A stretch of DNA of 27,536 nucleotides from Candidatus Omnitrophota bacterium (GCA_043808405.1 JAZDEX010000049.1:1-27536); one strand, 5' to 3'. Shown: positions 1 to 8,401, counted from the stretch's first letter. Translations and numbers: made by a program. Notes: generated from the sequence alone by a model not told the origin.

Positions 1-34
1 TAGGTGTTTTTATAATTATCTCAAGTCTCGTAAG

Positions 35-475
35 ATGGAGAAGGCTTTTGAGCTTTTGTCGGATAATTTCGTCAAGGGATATAGTTTTGAGCAGTGGGCG
101 CGGGGCTACCGGCCAATGCTAGACACAAGCGTAATTATAATCAAGCGTGATAAAAAGATAGCCGATAGAATACTAGTTAAGCTTTCTACTAAAGATTTAA
201 TTAATGATGAAATCGTGTATAAGTTTTTTGAAGGGTATTGGGATGTGCGGCAGATAAAGGGAAAATGGTTGCTCTGGACTCCGAAGATTAGGGAAGTCAA
301 AGATCCGGAAAAGGAGTGGTTTTTGGATTCGGATAGAATAAATGAAATAGAGGAATTCGTAAAAAAACACAAAGATTCTGAAGAATATAAATTCGAAATG
401 TATAAAATAGCGCAGGAGCCGGGGAATGAGGGCTTAAGTCTGCAGGATCTTTATAAGAAAGCTAAGGGAGAATAG
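35..475 (+). CDS. hypothetical protein (146 aa), no recognisable motif
   Basis: Intact ORF in the six-frame track. It is followed 65 nt downstream by a strong hairpin plus T-run at 541-590. No SD is evident and the protein is acidic/lysine-rich. Confidence 0.45.
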   Translation: MEKAFELLSDNFVKGYSFEQWARGYRPMLDTSVIIIKRDKKIADRILVKLSTKDLINDEIVYKFFEGYWDVRQIKGKWLLWTPKIREVKDPEKEWFLDSDRINEIEEFVKKHKDSEEYKFEMYKIAQEPGNEGLSLQDLYKKAKGE

Positions 476-540
476 GTTTGTTATTGGATAAAAGTTTGGT
501 TGTGGTATAATAATCTTGCTCTAAAAAGTATATATGCTTC

Positions 541-590
541 TTAAGGGCGGGCGTGCCCTTTACCACGCCCGCCCTTAACAGATTTTTCTT
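541..590 (+). terminator. Rho-independent terminator-like hairpin
   Basis: Perfect 15-bp inverted repeat ttaagggcgggcgtg / cacgcccgcccttaa (541-555 / 564-578) with an 8-nt loop, followed by cagaTTTTTctt. Confidence 0.6.
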
Positions 591-595
591 AAAAG

Positions 596-960
596 TGTCT
601 ATCGCGCAAAGGCTTTGCTTGCCGCATTCATCTGTAGTAGGGAAATTATAGCGGCAGAGCCGCCGGACAAGAGGTTTTTAGAATATATGCTAGGTGGCGC
701 GGCTTTTGGCTGCCCCCACCCAGCCAAAAGCCGCGAGCAAAGCCGGCCACGTGTTTATTCCGGGCAAGAAGCGAGCGGCCTAGCGAGCGCCGAAGTGAGC
801 CGAGTGACAACGAGGCGAACGATTACCGCGAGATACGGGAGCCGCCCCAAGGCGGCGGTGCCTATTGACAATATAAATGTAACTAAGGTGTGCTAAAGAT
901 CGTTCGAACTGAACGATACGCACACCGAAATTTTCTCTAATAAAGAAGAAATTTCGGCGG
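596..960. ncRNA. GC-rich, hairpin-dense non-coding island; candidate structured RNA of unknown class
   Basis: About 60% GC in a roughly 40% GC background. Local hairpins:
- gcggc-aga-gccgc at 651-663
- a 14-bp stem gcggcttttggctg / cagccaaaagccgc at 699-734 with a cccccacc loop
- gccgcc-ccaa-ggcggc at 841-856
- a nested double hairpin ggtgtgc-[atcgttc gaact gaacgat]-gcacacc at 887-926
- a 9-bp stem ccgaaattt / aaatttcgg at 925-957 immediately before the ATG at 965
The + strand ORF 615-896 here has odd composition and is probably not coding. Confidence 0.3.
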
Positions 961-964
961 TTTT

Positions 965-1534
965 ATGAAAAATAAAGCAGTTTACATTATTGCTGGACCG
1001 AATGGGTCGGGCAAGACGACATTTGCTAGAATGTTTTTGCCTGATTATGCGAGTTGCCCAAATTTTGTAAACGCTGATCTTATTGCTCAAGGATTAGCTC
1101 CATTCCAACCCCGCGCTGCCTCGATCAAAGCCGGTAAACTTGTGCTTCAACAAATTCATGATTATGCTTTGCGTGGCGCCAATTTTTCTTTTGAGACGAC
1201 TTTATCCGGTAAATCTTATGTAAGTTTGTTGTCTGAATTGAAGGTTAAGGGGTATGCGTTACATCTTTTTTTTCTCTGGCTTCCTAGCACAGAATTAGCA
1301 ATAGCTCGTATTAAAGAAAGAGTTCAGGAAGGTGGGCACTATGTACCCGCTGAAGATGTGCGCAGGAGATTTGTCCGTGGCATTAATAATTTCTTTACTG
1401 TGTATGAACCGTTACTTGATTCGTGGATGTTGTTTGATAATTCTGAGGCAAAGCCCGTATTGATTGCGAAGAGGCGAAATGGCCGTATAGAAGTAGTTAA
1501 TGAAGAATTATTTAAGACAATTAAAAAAGCGTGA
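965..1534 (+). CDS. zeta-toxin-like / COG4185 'predicted ABC-type' P-loop ATPase (AAA_33 / Zeta_toxin fold)
   Basis: Walker A IAGPNGSGKTTF sits at the N-terminus. The FVNADLIA, SFETTLSG and GGHYVPAEDVRRRF motifs and the roughly 190-aa length are typical of this family. Confidence 0.75.
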   Translation: MKNKAVYIIAGPNGSGKTTFARMFLPDYASCPNFVNADLIAQGLAPFQPRAASIKAGKLVLQQIHDYALRGANFSFETTLSGKSYVSLLSELKVKGYALHLFFLWLPSTELAIARIKERVQEGGHYVPAEDVRRRFVRGINNFFTVYEPLLDSWMLFDNSEAKPVLIAKRRNGRIEVVNEELFKTIKKA

Positions 1535-1542
1535 GGCAATAA

Positions 1543-1695
1543 ATGAAAAAACGAATGTCTTTGCAGGATAAAGCCGAAATTGCATTGAAAAAAGCGGTAA
1601 GGGCTGTTGTGGAGCGGCACAAAAAAACCGGGCGTCCATTGGCGGTTTGGCGAAATGGTAAAACCGTGCTCATTTCTGCGAATAGTGTAAAGTAA
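1543..1695 (+). CDS. small ORF (50 aa, basic), possible cognate partner (antitoxin-like) of the upstream ATPase
   Basis: The ATG lies 8 nt after the ATPase stop, preceded by a GAGG. It translates to MKKRMSLQDKAEIALKKAVRAVVERHKKTGRPLAVWRNGKTVLISANSVK. It is not in the ORF track because it falls below the length cutoff. Confidence 0.4.
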   Translation: MKKRMSLQDKAEIALKKAVRAVVERHKKTGRPLAVWRNGKTVLISANSVK

Positions 1696-1804
1696 GGAAG
1701 AACCTTATTAGAAGATATTGAATCAGGCTACAAAGTTATACTTAAATACACCACTGTTTCTATCTCCAATGTTTTTATGTCTAAGCGTACTTAAAATTAA
1801 ATAG

Positions 1805-2332
1805 ATGATGCCTTTTAAGAATGTATTCACCGGTTTGATTAAGCAGACGGTTGTTTTAGCTGTCTTAGCGACAATAATTGTCATACCTTTTTTATTATTC
1901 CTTGGGTTTGCTGCCGCGGTTAAATTTCTTTACCCGGTATTTTATATTTTAGCCGGAGCTTCATTAGCAATTTTTGTAATTTTTATTCTCCCGTTGTCAC
2001 TACTAGATACTCTGCGGCCTAAGTTGGCTGTTTTAGCGGTAGCTTTATCAAAAATTTGTAGGTTGACTATTTGGCTTTATTCTTTTTTGGTGGTCGTAAA
2101 CTATTTAGGGTGGTTGGCTTTATGTTTTATTTTTATTTTTCATACAGTTATCCCTATAGCTGTAATTGGTTTGTTTCTTAAAGAGGAATGGACCAGAGGC
2201 GGCTGTATCATCGCCGGGTTTGTCTTGTCGTATCTGATGCGTTTTTACGGCCTTTGGTTACAAAATTTATCCCAAAAGAGGCAACAAAAAATAATTGACG
2301 CTGTTGTGGTTTCTTCGGAGAGGATAAATTAG
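1805..2332 (+). CDS. hypothetical polytopic membrane protein (175 aa)
   Basis: Several hydrophobic helices. No conserved motif recognised. Confidence 0.5.
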   Translation: MMPFKNVFTGLIKQTVVLAVLATIIVIPFLLFLGFAAAVKFLYPVFYILAGASLAIFVIFILPLSLLDTLRPKLAVLAVALSKICRLTIWLYSFLVVVNYLGWLALCFIFIFHTVIPIAVIGLFLKEEWTRGGCIIAGFVLSYLMRFYGLWLQNLSQKRQQKIIDAVVVSSERIN

Positions 2333-2477
2333 TGAAAAGATTGTGTAAAGTTACTATAATTCTTTTAAAACAAAAATAAGCGTGTTATAATTCTTTAGAT
2401 TTTAGGTAGATATATAAAGCTAAGGAAGGCTTTATGAACACATTGTAAATAAAGCATTTAGATTACGATAGGGTGGT

Positions 2478-2500
2478 ACCTTGGGGAACGTCCCCAAGGT
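2478..2500. repeat. palindromic element accttgggga-acg-tccccaaggt (member of the GGGGACG/CGTCCCC hairpin family)
   Basis: Perfect 10-bp inverted repeat with a 3-nt loop in the flotillin 5' leader, immediately upstream of its SD AAGGAG. Confidence 0.5.
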
Positions 2501-2518
2501 TAGAAAGGAGTGGGGAAG

Positions 2519-3796
2519 ATGAGCGTGCCATTGATAGCGGGGAGTATTGTTGCGGGTTTAGTGGTGGGTTATTTTTTGCGGCATATTTTGGGAGGGGCGT
2601 TTGGGTTATATAGGATCGTCCCGGTTAACGAAGCGCATATCAGGATATTGCGAAATTCAAAGATGATATTTTCTTCCAGGCAGAATAAGAGCGCCTACTG
2701 GGTGATTCCTTTTATAACCAAATTGCATAAGCTGCCTCTTTGTAATTTGGCGATACCGGTGAATGATATAAAACTTAACGACAAGAATATGGCGAAGTTT
2801 GTTTCGGATATAATGTGTTTTATTAACATAAATAATATAGATTTGGCGGTTGAGCGTTTAATTCTTACTGATACTGAGAAAGAATTAGGTTTTGATTTTG
2901 TTAAACTTTCCGAGGATTTACGGGCGATCATGGAAAGCGTTGGCAGGACGGTTACCACCAAGCAAACTATTTTAGATATTTATATGAATAGGTCGTTGTT
3001 GGACCAGGCAATTACTAAAGAAGTTGAGGTGGTGTTTCCTAAGTGGGGTATTGAGCTGGTTGATTTGGAATTAAAGGACATTAAGGATGCTGCTGGAAGC
3101 ACAATCATCGCCGATATAGAAAGAAAAGTCGCGGCAGAAATCAGGCGAGACGCGGATATCAGAGTTGCTACGACTACTAAAGAAGCAGAGTTAATTAAGG
3201 CGGAAGCAGAGGAGACTTACCGTAAAAGGCAAATCGAGAAAGATAAACAAATAGGCATGGCAGAGCAGTTTAAAAACCAGGAAATCGCGACCAAAGAAGC
3301 CGAGGCGAATGCCCAGAGGATAGAAGCAATAAGAAAGCTCGAAGTAGGGCAAGCGGAAATTGATAAACAAAAGATGGAGCAGCTGGCTACAGGGCAGAAG
3401 TTGAAATATACTATTGAAGCCGAAGGCCAGGCCAATCAAATACAAAATGTCGGTAAGGCCGAGGCAAATATTATACAGATTAAGAAAGAAGCCGATGCCG
3501 CAGGCACATTGAAGCTGGCTGAAGCCTTAAAGCAGTATAATGATGTGGCGATAAATGTTAAAATCTTGGATATCCAGAAAGAAATTATGATTGCTAAGTT
3601 TAGCGCGCTGGCTCAGGCGATTCAAAAGGCGGATGTGAAATGGATTATGAGCGGGGCAAACGCGCAAAAATTCTTTGGCCTTAATCTTGATGCTGAAGGC
3701 GGTGCTAATTTGCAACAGTTTATCCAAGAGAGTGGTTTGGATATAGCTAAATTCAAAGAATTTCTGAATTTAGATAAGAACAAGAGTGATAAATAA
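2519..3796 (+). CDS. flotillin-like SPFH/Band-7 domain protein
   Basis: N-terminal TM helix, an SPFH-like core, then a long Ala/Glu/Lys/Gln-rich coiled-coil (AEAEETYRKRQIEKDKQIGMAEQFKNQEIATKEAEANAQRIEA...) typical of bacterial flotillins (FloT/YuaG). The ATG at 2519 has AAGGAG 8 nt upstream. The track's GTG at 2510 is less likely. Confidence 0.75.
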   Translation: MSVPLIAGSIVAGLVVGYFLRHILGGAFGLYRIVPVNEAHIRILRNSKMIFSSRQNKSAYWVIPFITKLHKLPLCNLAIPVNDIKLNDKNMAKFVSDIMCFININNIDLAVERLILTDTEKELGFDFVKLSEDLRAIMESVGRTVTTKQTILDIYMNRSLLDQAITKEVEVVFPKWGIELVDLELKDIKDAAGSTIIADIERKVAAEIRRDADIRVATTTKEAELIKAEAEETYRKRQIEKDKQIGMAEQFKNQEIATKEAEANAQRIEAIRKLEVGQAEIDKQKMEQLATGQKLKYTIEAEGQANQIQNVGKAEANIIQIKKEADAAGTLKLAEALKQYNDVAINVKILDIQKEIMIAKFSALAQAIQKADVKWIMSGANAQKFFGLNLDAEGGANLQQFIQESGLDIAKFKEFLNLDKNKSDK

Positions 3797-3842
3797 TAAA
3801 GGACGCTTTAGCCGCTAGTTAGGAAATTATGCGGTTTCTAAT

Positions 3843-4553
3843 ATGAAACAAGCGATACTATCGATAATTATATGGGTTGTGGGGATAGCGTTGACAACGT
3901 TATTATTTCTGGTCATGCTATTTTTTACCATAATCCTGTATCCTTTTGACCGCAAGCGTAAGATTGTACACGCGCAGTGTTATTGGTGGTCTGATGCTGT
4001 GACGGCTTTTAATCCTTACTGGAAAGTAAAGGTGGAGGGCCTGGAGAATATCGACCATAAAAGGGTTTATGTGGTTGTTTCTAATCATCAGAGTTTGGCG
4101 GATATTATATTAATGTATAAGACGAAGATGCAGTTTAAGTGGGTGGCCAAGGATAGCCTTTTTAAAATTCCGATCTTGGGATGGAATATGCTTTTGGCAA
4201 AGCATATCCGCTTAGAGCGTGGAGATTTTTCGAGCATTAAAAAAGTATATCGCGAGGCCGGCGATTGGCTGCGTAAGGGAGTCTCGGTTGTATTTTTTCC
4301 GGAAGGAACCCGAAGTGATGATAACAAAATAGGGGAATTTCAAAACGGGGCATTCAAGTTGGCAATTAAGGAGAAGGTGCCGGTTTTACCGGTTATGATT
4401 AAAGGGACTAAGGACGCGATCCCTAAAGGAAGTTGGCGGTTTACGGCAAAAACATTATGTTTAATAAAAGTGCTTCCCGCGATAGAGACTTCCGATTTTC
4501 TGGCAGGCGATTTTGGCGCTTTGCGTGATTTGGCAAAAGCGCAATTATCCTAA
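3843..4553 (+). CDS. plsC: 1-acyl-sn-glycerol-3-phosphate acyltransferase (PlsC family)
   Basis: The HX4D-type motif VVSNHQSLADI and the FPEGTRS motif are present, with an N-terminal TM anchor. Confidence 0.75.
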   Translation: MKQAILSIIIWVVGIALTTLLFLVMLFFTIILYPFDRKRKIVHAQCYWWSDAVTAFNPYWKVKVEGLENIDHKRVYVVVSNHQSLADIILMYKTKMQFKWVAKDSLFKIPILGWNMLLAKHIRLERGDFSSIKKVYREAGDWLRKGVSVVFFPEGTRSDDNKIGEFQNGAFKLAIKEKVPVLPVMIKGTKDAIPKGSWRFTAKTLCLIKVLPAIETSDFLAGDFGALRDLAKAQLS

Positions 4554-4589
4554 TTTTAATTTACGATAGCGAAACGAAAGGAGATATAC

Positions 4590-4742
4590 ATGGCAGGTAC
4601 TAATTATTCATATCAAAAAAACATGAAGGAATTAGCGCGTAAAAAAAAGAAAGAAGAAAAAAGATTAGCTAAATTGGCTAAAAAGAATGCGCAGGCGCAA
4701 ACTGGTGTAGAGCCGGCGCCGGAAAACGCGATAATAGAATAG
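4590..4742 (+). CDS. small lysine-rich ORF (50 aa)
   Basis: SD AAAGGAG 7 nt upstream. Translates to MAGTNYSYQKNMKELARKKKKEEKRLAKLAKKNAQAQTGVEPAPENAIIE. It ends 12 nt before the RRM gene's SD and is below the ORF-track cutoff. Confidence 0.35.
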   Translation: MAGTNYSYQKNMKELARKKKKEEKRLAKLAKKNAQAQTGVEPAPENAIIE

Positions 4743-4754
4743 AGGAGATTTTAA

Positions 4755-5501
4755 ATGAATATTTTTGTGGGAAATTTGTCGTTTCAGGCTAAAGAAGCTG
4801 ATGTGTATCAGGCTTTCGCGGCTTTTGGGAAAGTTTCAACGGTGACTATTATCATGGAGAAAAAAGGCGATAAGTCCCGCGGGTTTGGATTTGTGGAGAT
4901 GGCTGATGATAATGAGGCCTTGGCGGCGATAGCCGGGTTGCATGAGAAAGAGTTATTGGATCGGCCGCTTAATGTTATGCCGGCACAGCCTAAAAAACCA
5001 AAAAAAGAACGCCCGGTGGTTGCTGCGCGCGAGCCTAAAAAAGAATTTATACCTCGGCCGAAAGCGGATTTTACGCGAACCGGCGGGCATCGCAAGGGTA
5101 GGCGCTCAATTAGTTTTATGAAGAAAAATTCTGAAGCGGGAATTGCGCCGGCGCCTAAAAAAGAATTTAAAGAGAATCCCATGCGTTGGAGAAAGAAATC
5201 AGAACAAAGAAGGCCGTGGGAAAAATCTAGTGGTGGATTTAAGCCCTGGGATAAAGCTAAAGGCGAAAGTAAGCCTGGGGAGAAGGCCGTAGGTGAAGCT
5301 AAGCCTTGGAAGAAAACTTTTAGTAGCTCTAAGCCTTGGGAGAAGAAAGCTACAGGCGAAGCTAGGCCTTGGAAGAAAGCTAAGGGAGAGTCGAAATGGA
5401 AGAAGGCTGCTCCCGGAGGAAAGCCTTGGGATAAGCCTAAGAAGGTAGCCAAGCATTGGGAGAAACATTTAAGCGCGGTTAAGGCTACGAAAAAAGAATA
5501 A
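4755..5501 (+). CDS. RRM-domain RNA-binding protein with a C-terminal Lys/Trp-rich 'KPWxK' repeat tail
   Basis: RNP2 IFVGNL and RNP1 RGFGFVEM define an RRM. The roughly 150-aa tail carries imperfect tandem repeats (KPWDKAKGESKPGEK / AKPWKK / SKPWEKKATGEARPWKKAKGESKWKK / GKPWDKPKK / KHWEK). SD AGGAG upstream. Confidence 0.8.
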   Translation: MNIFVGNLSFQAKEADVYQAFAAFGKVSTVTIIMEKKGDKSRGFGFVEMADDNEALAAIAGLHEKELLDRPLNVMPAQPKKPKKERPVVAAREPKKEFIPRPKADFTRTGGHRKGRRSISFMKKNSEAGIAPAPKKEFKENPMRWRKKSEQRRPWEKSSGGFKPWDKAKGESKPGEKAVGEAKPWKKTFSSSKPWEKKATGEARPWKKAKGESKWKKAAPGGKPWDKPKKVAKHWEKHLSAVKATKKE

Positions 5502-5505
5502 TTAA

Positions 5506-5554
5506 AAAGATTGCTTCGTCGTCCCGCCGTTGGCGGGACTCCTCGCAATGACAC
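5506..5554. repeat. short dispersed repeat, copy A (aaagattgcttcgtcg ... ctcctcgcaatgacac) with an internal 8-bp hairpin gtcccgcc/ggcgggac
   Basis: A 16-nt identical head and a 16-nt identical tail are shared with 16563-16634. This copy is intergenic, between the RRM gene and arfB. Confidence 0.5.
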
Positions 5555-5565
5555 CGAGATTTAAT

Positions 5566-5976
5566 ATGATTGGATTAGAAAAAGAAAAAGCTTTGCAAGA
5601 GAAAATGGCACAGCTGGGTGTGCGCAGTGAGGATATTCAAGAAAAATTTATACGCGCGCAAGGGCCTGGCGGGCAGAATGTAAATAAAGTTGCTACTTGC
5701 GTTCATCTGAGGCATTTGCCTACGGGTATTGAAGTTAAGTGCCAAGAAGAGCGTTCTCAATCGCAGAATCGATATCTTGCCCGGCAAATACTTTTAAAGA
5801 AAATTGAATCTCAAATTTTAGGGAAACTTTCCGCAGAAAATAAACGTATTGAAAAAATCCGCAGGCAAAAACGTAGAAGAAGCCGCCGCGCTAAAGCAAA
5901 AATGTTAGAAGCCAAGCGCATGCATTCCGCAAAAAAATCTCTTCGCGCCAGTGTCCGCCAGGTAGATATTTTTTAG
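5566..5976 (+). CDS. arfB: alternative ribosome-rescue factor / peptidyl-tRNA hydrolase ArfB (class I release factor GGQ domain)
   Basis: The AQGPGGQNVNKV GGQ motif and an Arg/Lys-rich C-terminal tail are present. Length and pattern resemble E. coli ArfB/YaeJ. The ATG at 5566 is preferred over the track's TTG at 5530. Confidence 0.8.
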   Translation: MIGLEKEKALQEKMAQLGVRSEDIQEKFIRAQGPGGQNVNKVATCVHLRHLPTGIEVKCQEERSQSQNRYLARQILLKKIESQILGKLSAENKRIEKIRRQKRRRSRRAKAKMLEAKRMHSAKKSLRASVRQVDIF

Positions 5977-5998
5977 TAGAGTAATTAGTCAGAAGGTG

Positions 5999-6026
5999 TT
6001 GATTTAGCCTGGTATAGAGGTATAAT
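5999..6026 (+). promoter_or_regulatory. sigma70-like promoter candidate for the membrane-protein/efflux operon
   Basis: TTGATT at 5999-6004, a 16-nt spacer, then TATAAT at 6021-6026. Confidence 0.4.
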
Positions 6027-6089
6027 AATTAAAAGCTGGGAACTTTTTGTTAATTTATGTTGTCTAATATATAAATAGGAGATTCCATA

Positions 6090-7121
6090 ATGGCGATTGT
6101 GGGATTATTTGTAATTTTAGTTATTGTTTTGATTGCTCCCTTTCTCATTAAGAAAGTTGAAGAGGAACTGGAGATTTTTTTGTTTGTGATGGGTGTTATC
6201 GCGGTAACAATTACCGCGCAATGGCGCTTAAGTTTGGTTGAAGAGGCTTTAATCGAACCGGTAAAAATTACTTTGGCAGTTTTAGTGGCCGGATTTTTAT
6301 TTCAGGCATTGCAACAGTCGATTACTCGTTATGTGAATAAATTAGCCGGATTAATGGGGGTTAAGTTTTTTACGTTTTTATTAATCGTTGTGCTTGGGTT
6401 ATTATCCAGCGTAATTACCGCGATCATTGCCGCACTGGTTTTGGTTGAGATAATTACTTGTTTAACGCTGGAGCGAAAGGATGAAATAACGCTGGTTGTG
6501 CTTACTTGTTTTTCTATTGGTTTAGGCGCGGCATTAACTCCCATCGGCGAGCCGCTTTCAACTATAGTTATTGCTAAATTAAAGGGCCAGCCGTATTACG
6601 CGGACTTCTTCTTTTTATTGAGGCATTTATGGGTGTTTATTGTGCCAGGGGTTATAGTTTGCGGCTTTTTAGGGTTTATTATGGCGCCGGAGAAATTACA
6701 AAAAAATCATGGCTTGGGAGAAAAGAAAAAAGAAAATATAAAAGCGGTATTAATCCGGGCAGTTAAGATTTATTTCTTTGTTATGGCGTTGGTTTTCTTG
6801 GGCCGAGGATTTAAGCCGATTATCGACGCGTATGTATCAAAAATTCCTTACCAAGGGCTTTATTGGATAAATAGTATTTCGGCTGTGCTTGATAACGCGA
6901 CGCTGGCAGCCGCGGAAATCGGCCCGAGTATGGAGATATTCCAGATTAAATCCGCGCTTTTAGGGCTTCTAATTGCCGGCGGTATGTTGATCCCGGGCAA
7001 TATCCCGAATATTATCGCCGCGGGAAAACTTAAAATAAAAAGCTCGGAGTGGGCGCGTTTTGGCGTGCCTTTGGGTTTAGTAATTATGGCGGCGTATTTT
7101 CTTTTGTTGATATTGATTTAA
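6090..7121 (+). CDS. polytopic integral membrane protein (343 aa), first gene of the efflux cluster
   Basis: Roughly 10 hydrophobic helices with the SD taggag upstream. Family not recognised (possibly a transporter-like DUF). Confidence 0.55.
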   Translation: MAIVGLFVILVIVLIAPFLIKKVEEELEIFLFVMGVIAVTITAQWRLSLVEEALIEPVKITLAVLVAGFLFQALQQSITRYVNKLAGLMGVKFFTFLLIVVLGLLSSVITAIIAALVLVEIITCLTLERKDEITLVVLTCFSIGLGAALTPIGEPLSTIVIAKLKGQPYYADFFFLLRHLWVFIVPGVIVCGFLGFIMAPEKLQKNHGLGEKKKENIKAVLIRAVKIYFFVMALVFLGRGFKPIIDAYVSKIPYQGLYWINSISAVLDNATLAAAEIGPSMEIFQIKSALLGLLIAGGMLIPGNIPNIIAAGKLKIKSSEWARFGVPLGLVIMAAYFLLLILI

Positions 7122-7123
7122 GC

Positions 7124-8401
7124 ATGAAAAAAATATTAAGCACAATTATCTTCATATTTTTCATAATCACTCAAGCCGGCGCAGAGGATTTTTTGACTTG
7201 GGGTGATTGCCTTAAGGAAGCGGCGAAGAATAATCCTACCCTGATTTCCGCCCAGGAGAATATTAAGCAATATGAAGCGGCTAAGAGGGTTACTGCGAGC
7301 ACGCTTTATCCACAACTTAGTGGTGATGTGACGGCTTCAACTGCTAAAAACAGTAGTTCTAGCGGCGGTGTTACTACGAGTTCTACCGGAGATTCATACG
7401 GTTACGGATTATCCGGCACGCAGTTGATATTCGACGGGCTGGAGACTTTAAATAATGTAAACGCGGCTAAACAAAACATTGCCGCTTCAACTGGAGGCTA
7501 TCAATTTACTTCGTCTCAAGTAAGAATGGATCTAAGGACGGCATTTGCCGGTTTGCTTAAGGCGCAAGAGATGATCTCAGTTACGGAAGATATTGTAAAA
7601 ATAAGGCGGGATGATTTTCAGTTAATAACTCTGCGCTATGAGTCGGGCTTAGAGCATAAAGGCGCGCTATTGACTGCTGAAGCAGATCTGGCCCAGGCAA
7701 ACTTGCAAGTTTCTGAGGCCAAAAGAAATCTAGAATTAACTCAGCGCCAGCTTACTAAAGCTCTTGGCCGCAAAATATTTTCACCACTTTATGTTAAAGG
7801 TAGTTTTGAAATTTCCGATAGCGTAAAAGAGAAGCCAGATTTTGAAACTATCGCCGATAAAAATCCTTCGCTAAAACAATTAATCGCTAAGAAAAATTCC
7901 GCTTTATTTTCGATCAGGTCTGCTTATGGTAGTTTTTTCCCTGAGCTTACGGCCCAAGCCGGAGCCGATAAGAGCGATACCAAATGGACGCCCGACGGCA
8001 GCAATTGGAACTTGGGATTAACTTTAAGCCTGCCGATATTAGAAGGCGGCTTAAGAATGGCGCAGGTGTCCCAGGCTAAGGCAGTTTATAATCAGGCAGT
8101 AGAGAATGAGCGCGCCGGGCGCGACGCGATTATTGTAACGCTTGATCAAACTTGGGCTATTTTTCAGGATGCTCAAGAGGCGGTGGATGTTAGGCACAAA
8201 ATATTAGTCGCCAACGAAGAGCGCGCTAAAATTGCCGACGCGCAATACGCCATAGGTTTTATTTCATTTGATAACTGGATTATTATTCGTAATGACCTAG
8301 TAAATTCCAAGTTGCTTTATTTAACTGCTCAGGCCGATGCTTTGACTAGCGAAGCAAAATGGATTCAGGCGAAAGGAGAAACACTTGAATATGCGCAATA
8401 A
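7124..8401 (+). CDS. TolC-family outer membrane efflux protein
   Basis: Signal peptide MKKILSTIIFIFFIITQAGA, then the layout typical of outer-membrane factors (coiled-coil/beta repeats, LRMAQ...LDQTWA). The ATG at 7124 is preferred over the track's in-frame upstream extension. Confidence 0.75.
   Translation: MKKILSTIIFIFFIITQAGAEDFLTWGDCLKEAAKNNPTLISAQENIKQYEAAKRVTASTLYPQLSGDVTASTAKNSSSSGGVTTSSTGDSYGYGLSGTQLIFDGLETLNNVNAAKQNIAASTGGYQFTSSQVRMDLRTAFAGLLKAQEMISVTEDIVKIRRDDFQLITLRYESGLEHKGALLTAEADLAQANLQVSEAKRNLELTQRQLTKALGRKIFSPLYVKGSFEISDSVKEKPDFETIADKNPSLKQLIAKKNSALFSIRSAYGSFFPELTAQAGADKSDTKWTPDGSNWNLGLTLSLPILEGGLRMAQVSQAKAVYNQAVENERAGRDAIIVTLDQTWAIFQDAQEAVDVRHKILVANEERAKIADAQYAIGFISFDNWIIIRNDLVNSKLLYLTAQADALTSEAKWIQAKGETLEYAQ

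Noticed and set aside
615-896. 93-aa + strand ORF across the GC-rich island
   Set aside because: Its composition (runs of R/A/S/P) looks like frame-translated GC-rich non-coding DNA. There is no SD, and the region is better explained by stacked RNA hairpins.
596-960. Assignment of the GC-rich island to RNase P RNA, tmRNA, SRP RNA or 6S RNA
   Set aside because: Only partial resemblances: UCCGGGC but not the full P4 GGAAAGUCCGGGCUCC / ACAGAACCCGGCUUA pair; a GTTCGAAC-containing hairpin but no tmRNA tag reading frame or 3' CCA; no SRP domain-IV motif. It is left as an unclassified candidate RNA pending a covariance-model search.
2341-2362. ttgtgt...tataat promoter-like motif upstream of the flotillin gene
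   Set aside because: Spacer of only about 9-10 nt between the hexamers, so not a credible sigma70 promoter as spaced.
4808-5554. 248-aa ORF antisense to the RRM gene (and 5199-5468 -)
   Set aside because: Fully embedded antisense in a well-supported gene with strong RRM motifs. The low-complexity repetitive DNA of the KPWxK tail generates long stop-free antisense frames.
5530-5565. TTG start extension of arfB (MAGLLAMTPRFN...)
   Set aside because: The extension is encoded by the dispersed repeat copy A, and the ATG at 5566 gives an ArfB-like N-terminus.
7049-7123. In-frame upstream extension of the TolC-like gene overlapping the preceding membrane-protein gene
   Set aside because: The ATG at 7124 begins a canonical signal peptide (MKKILSTIIFIFF...).
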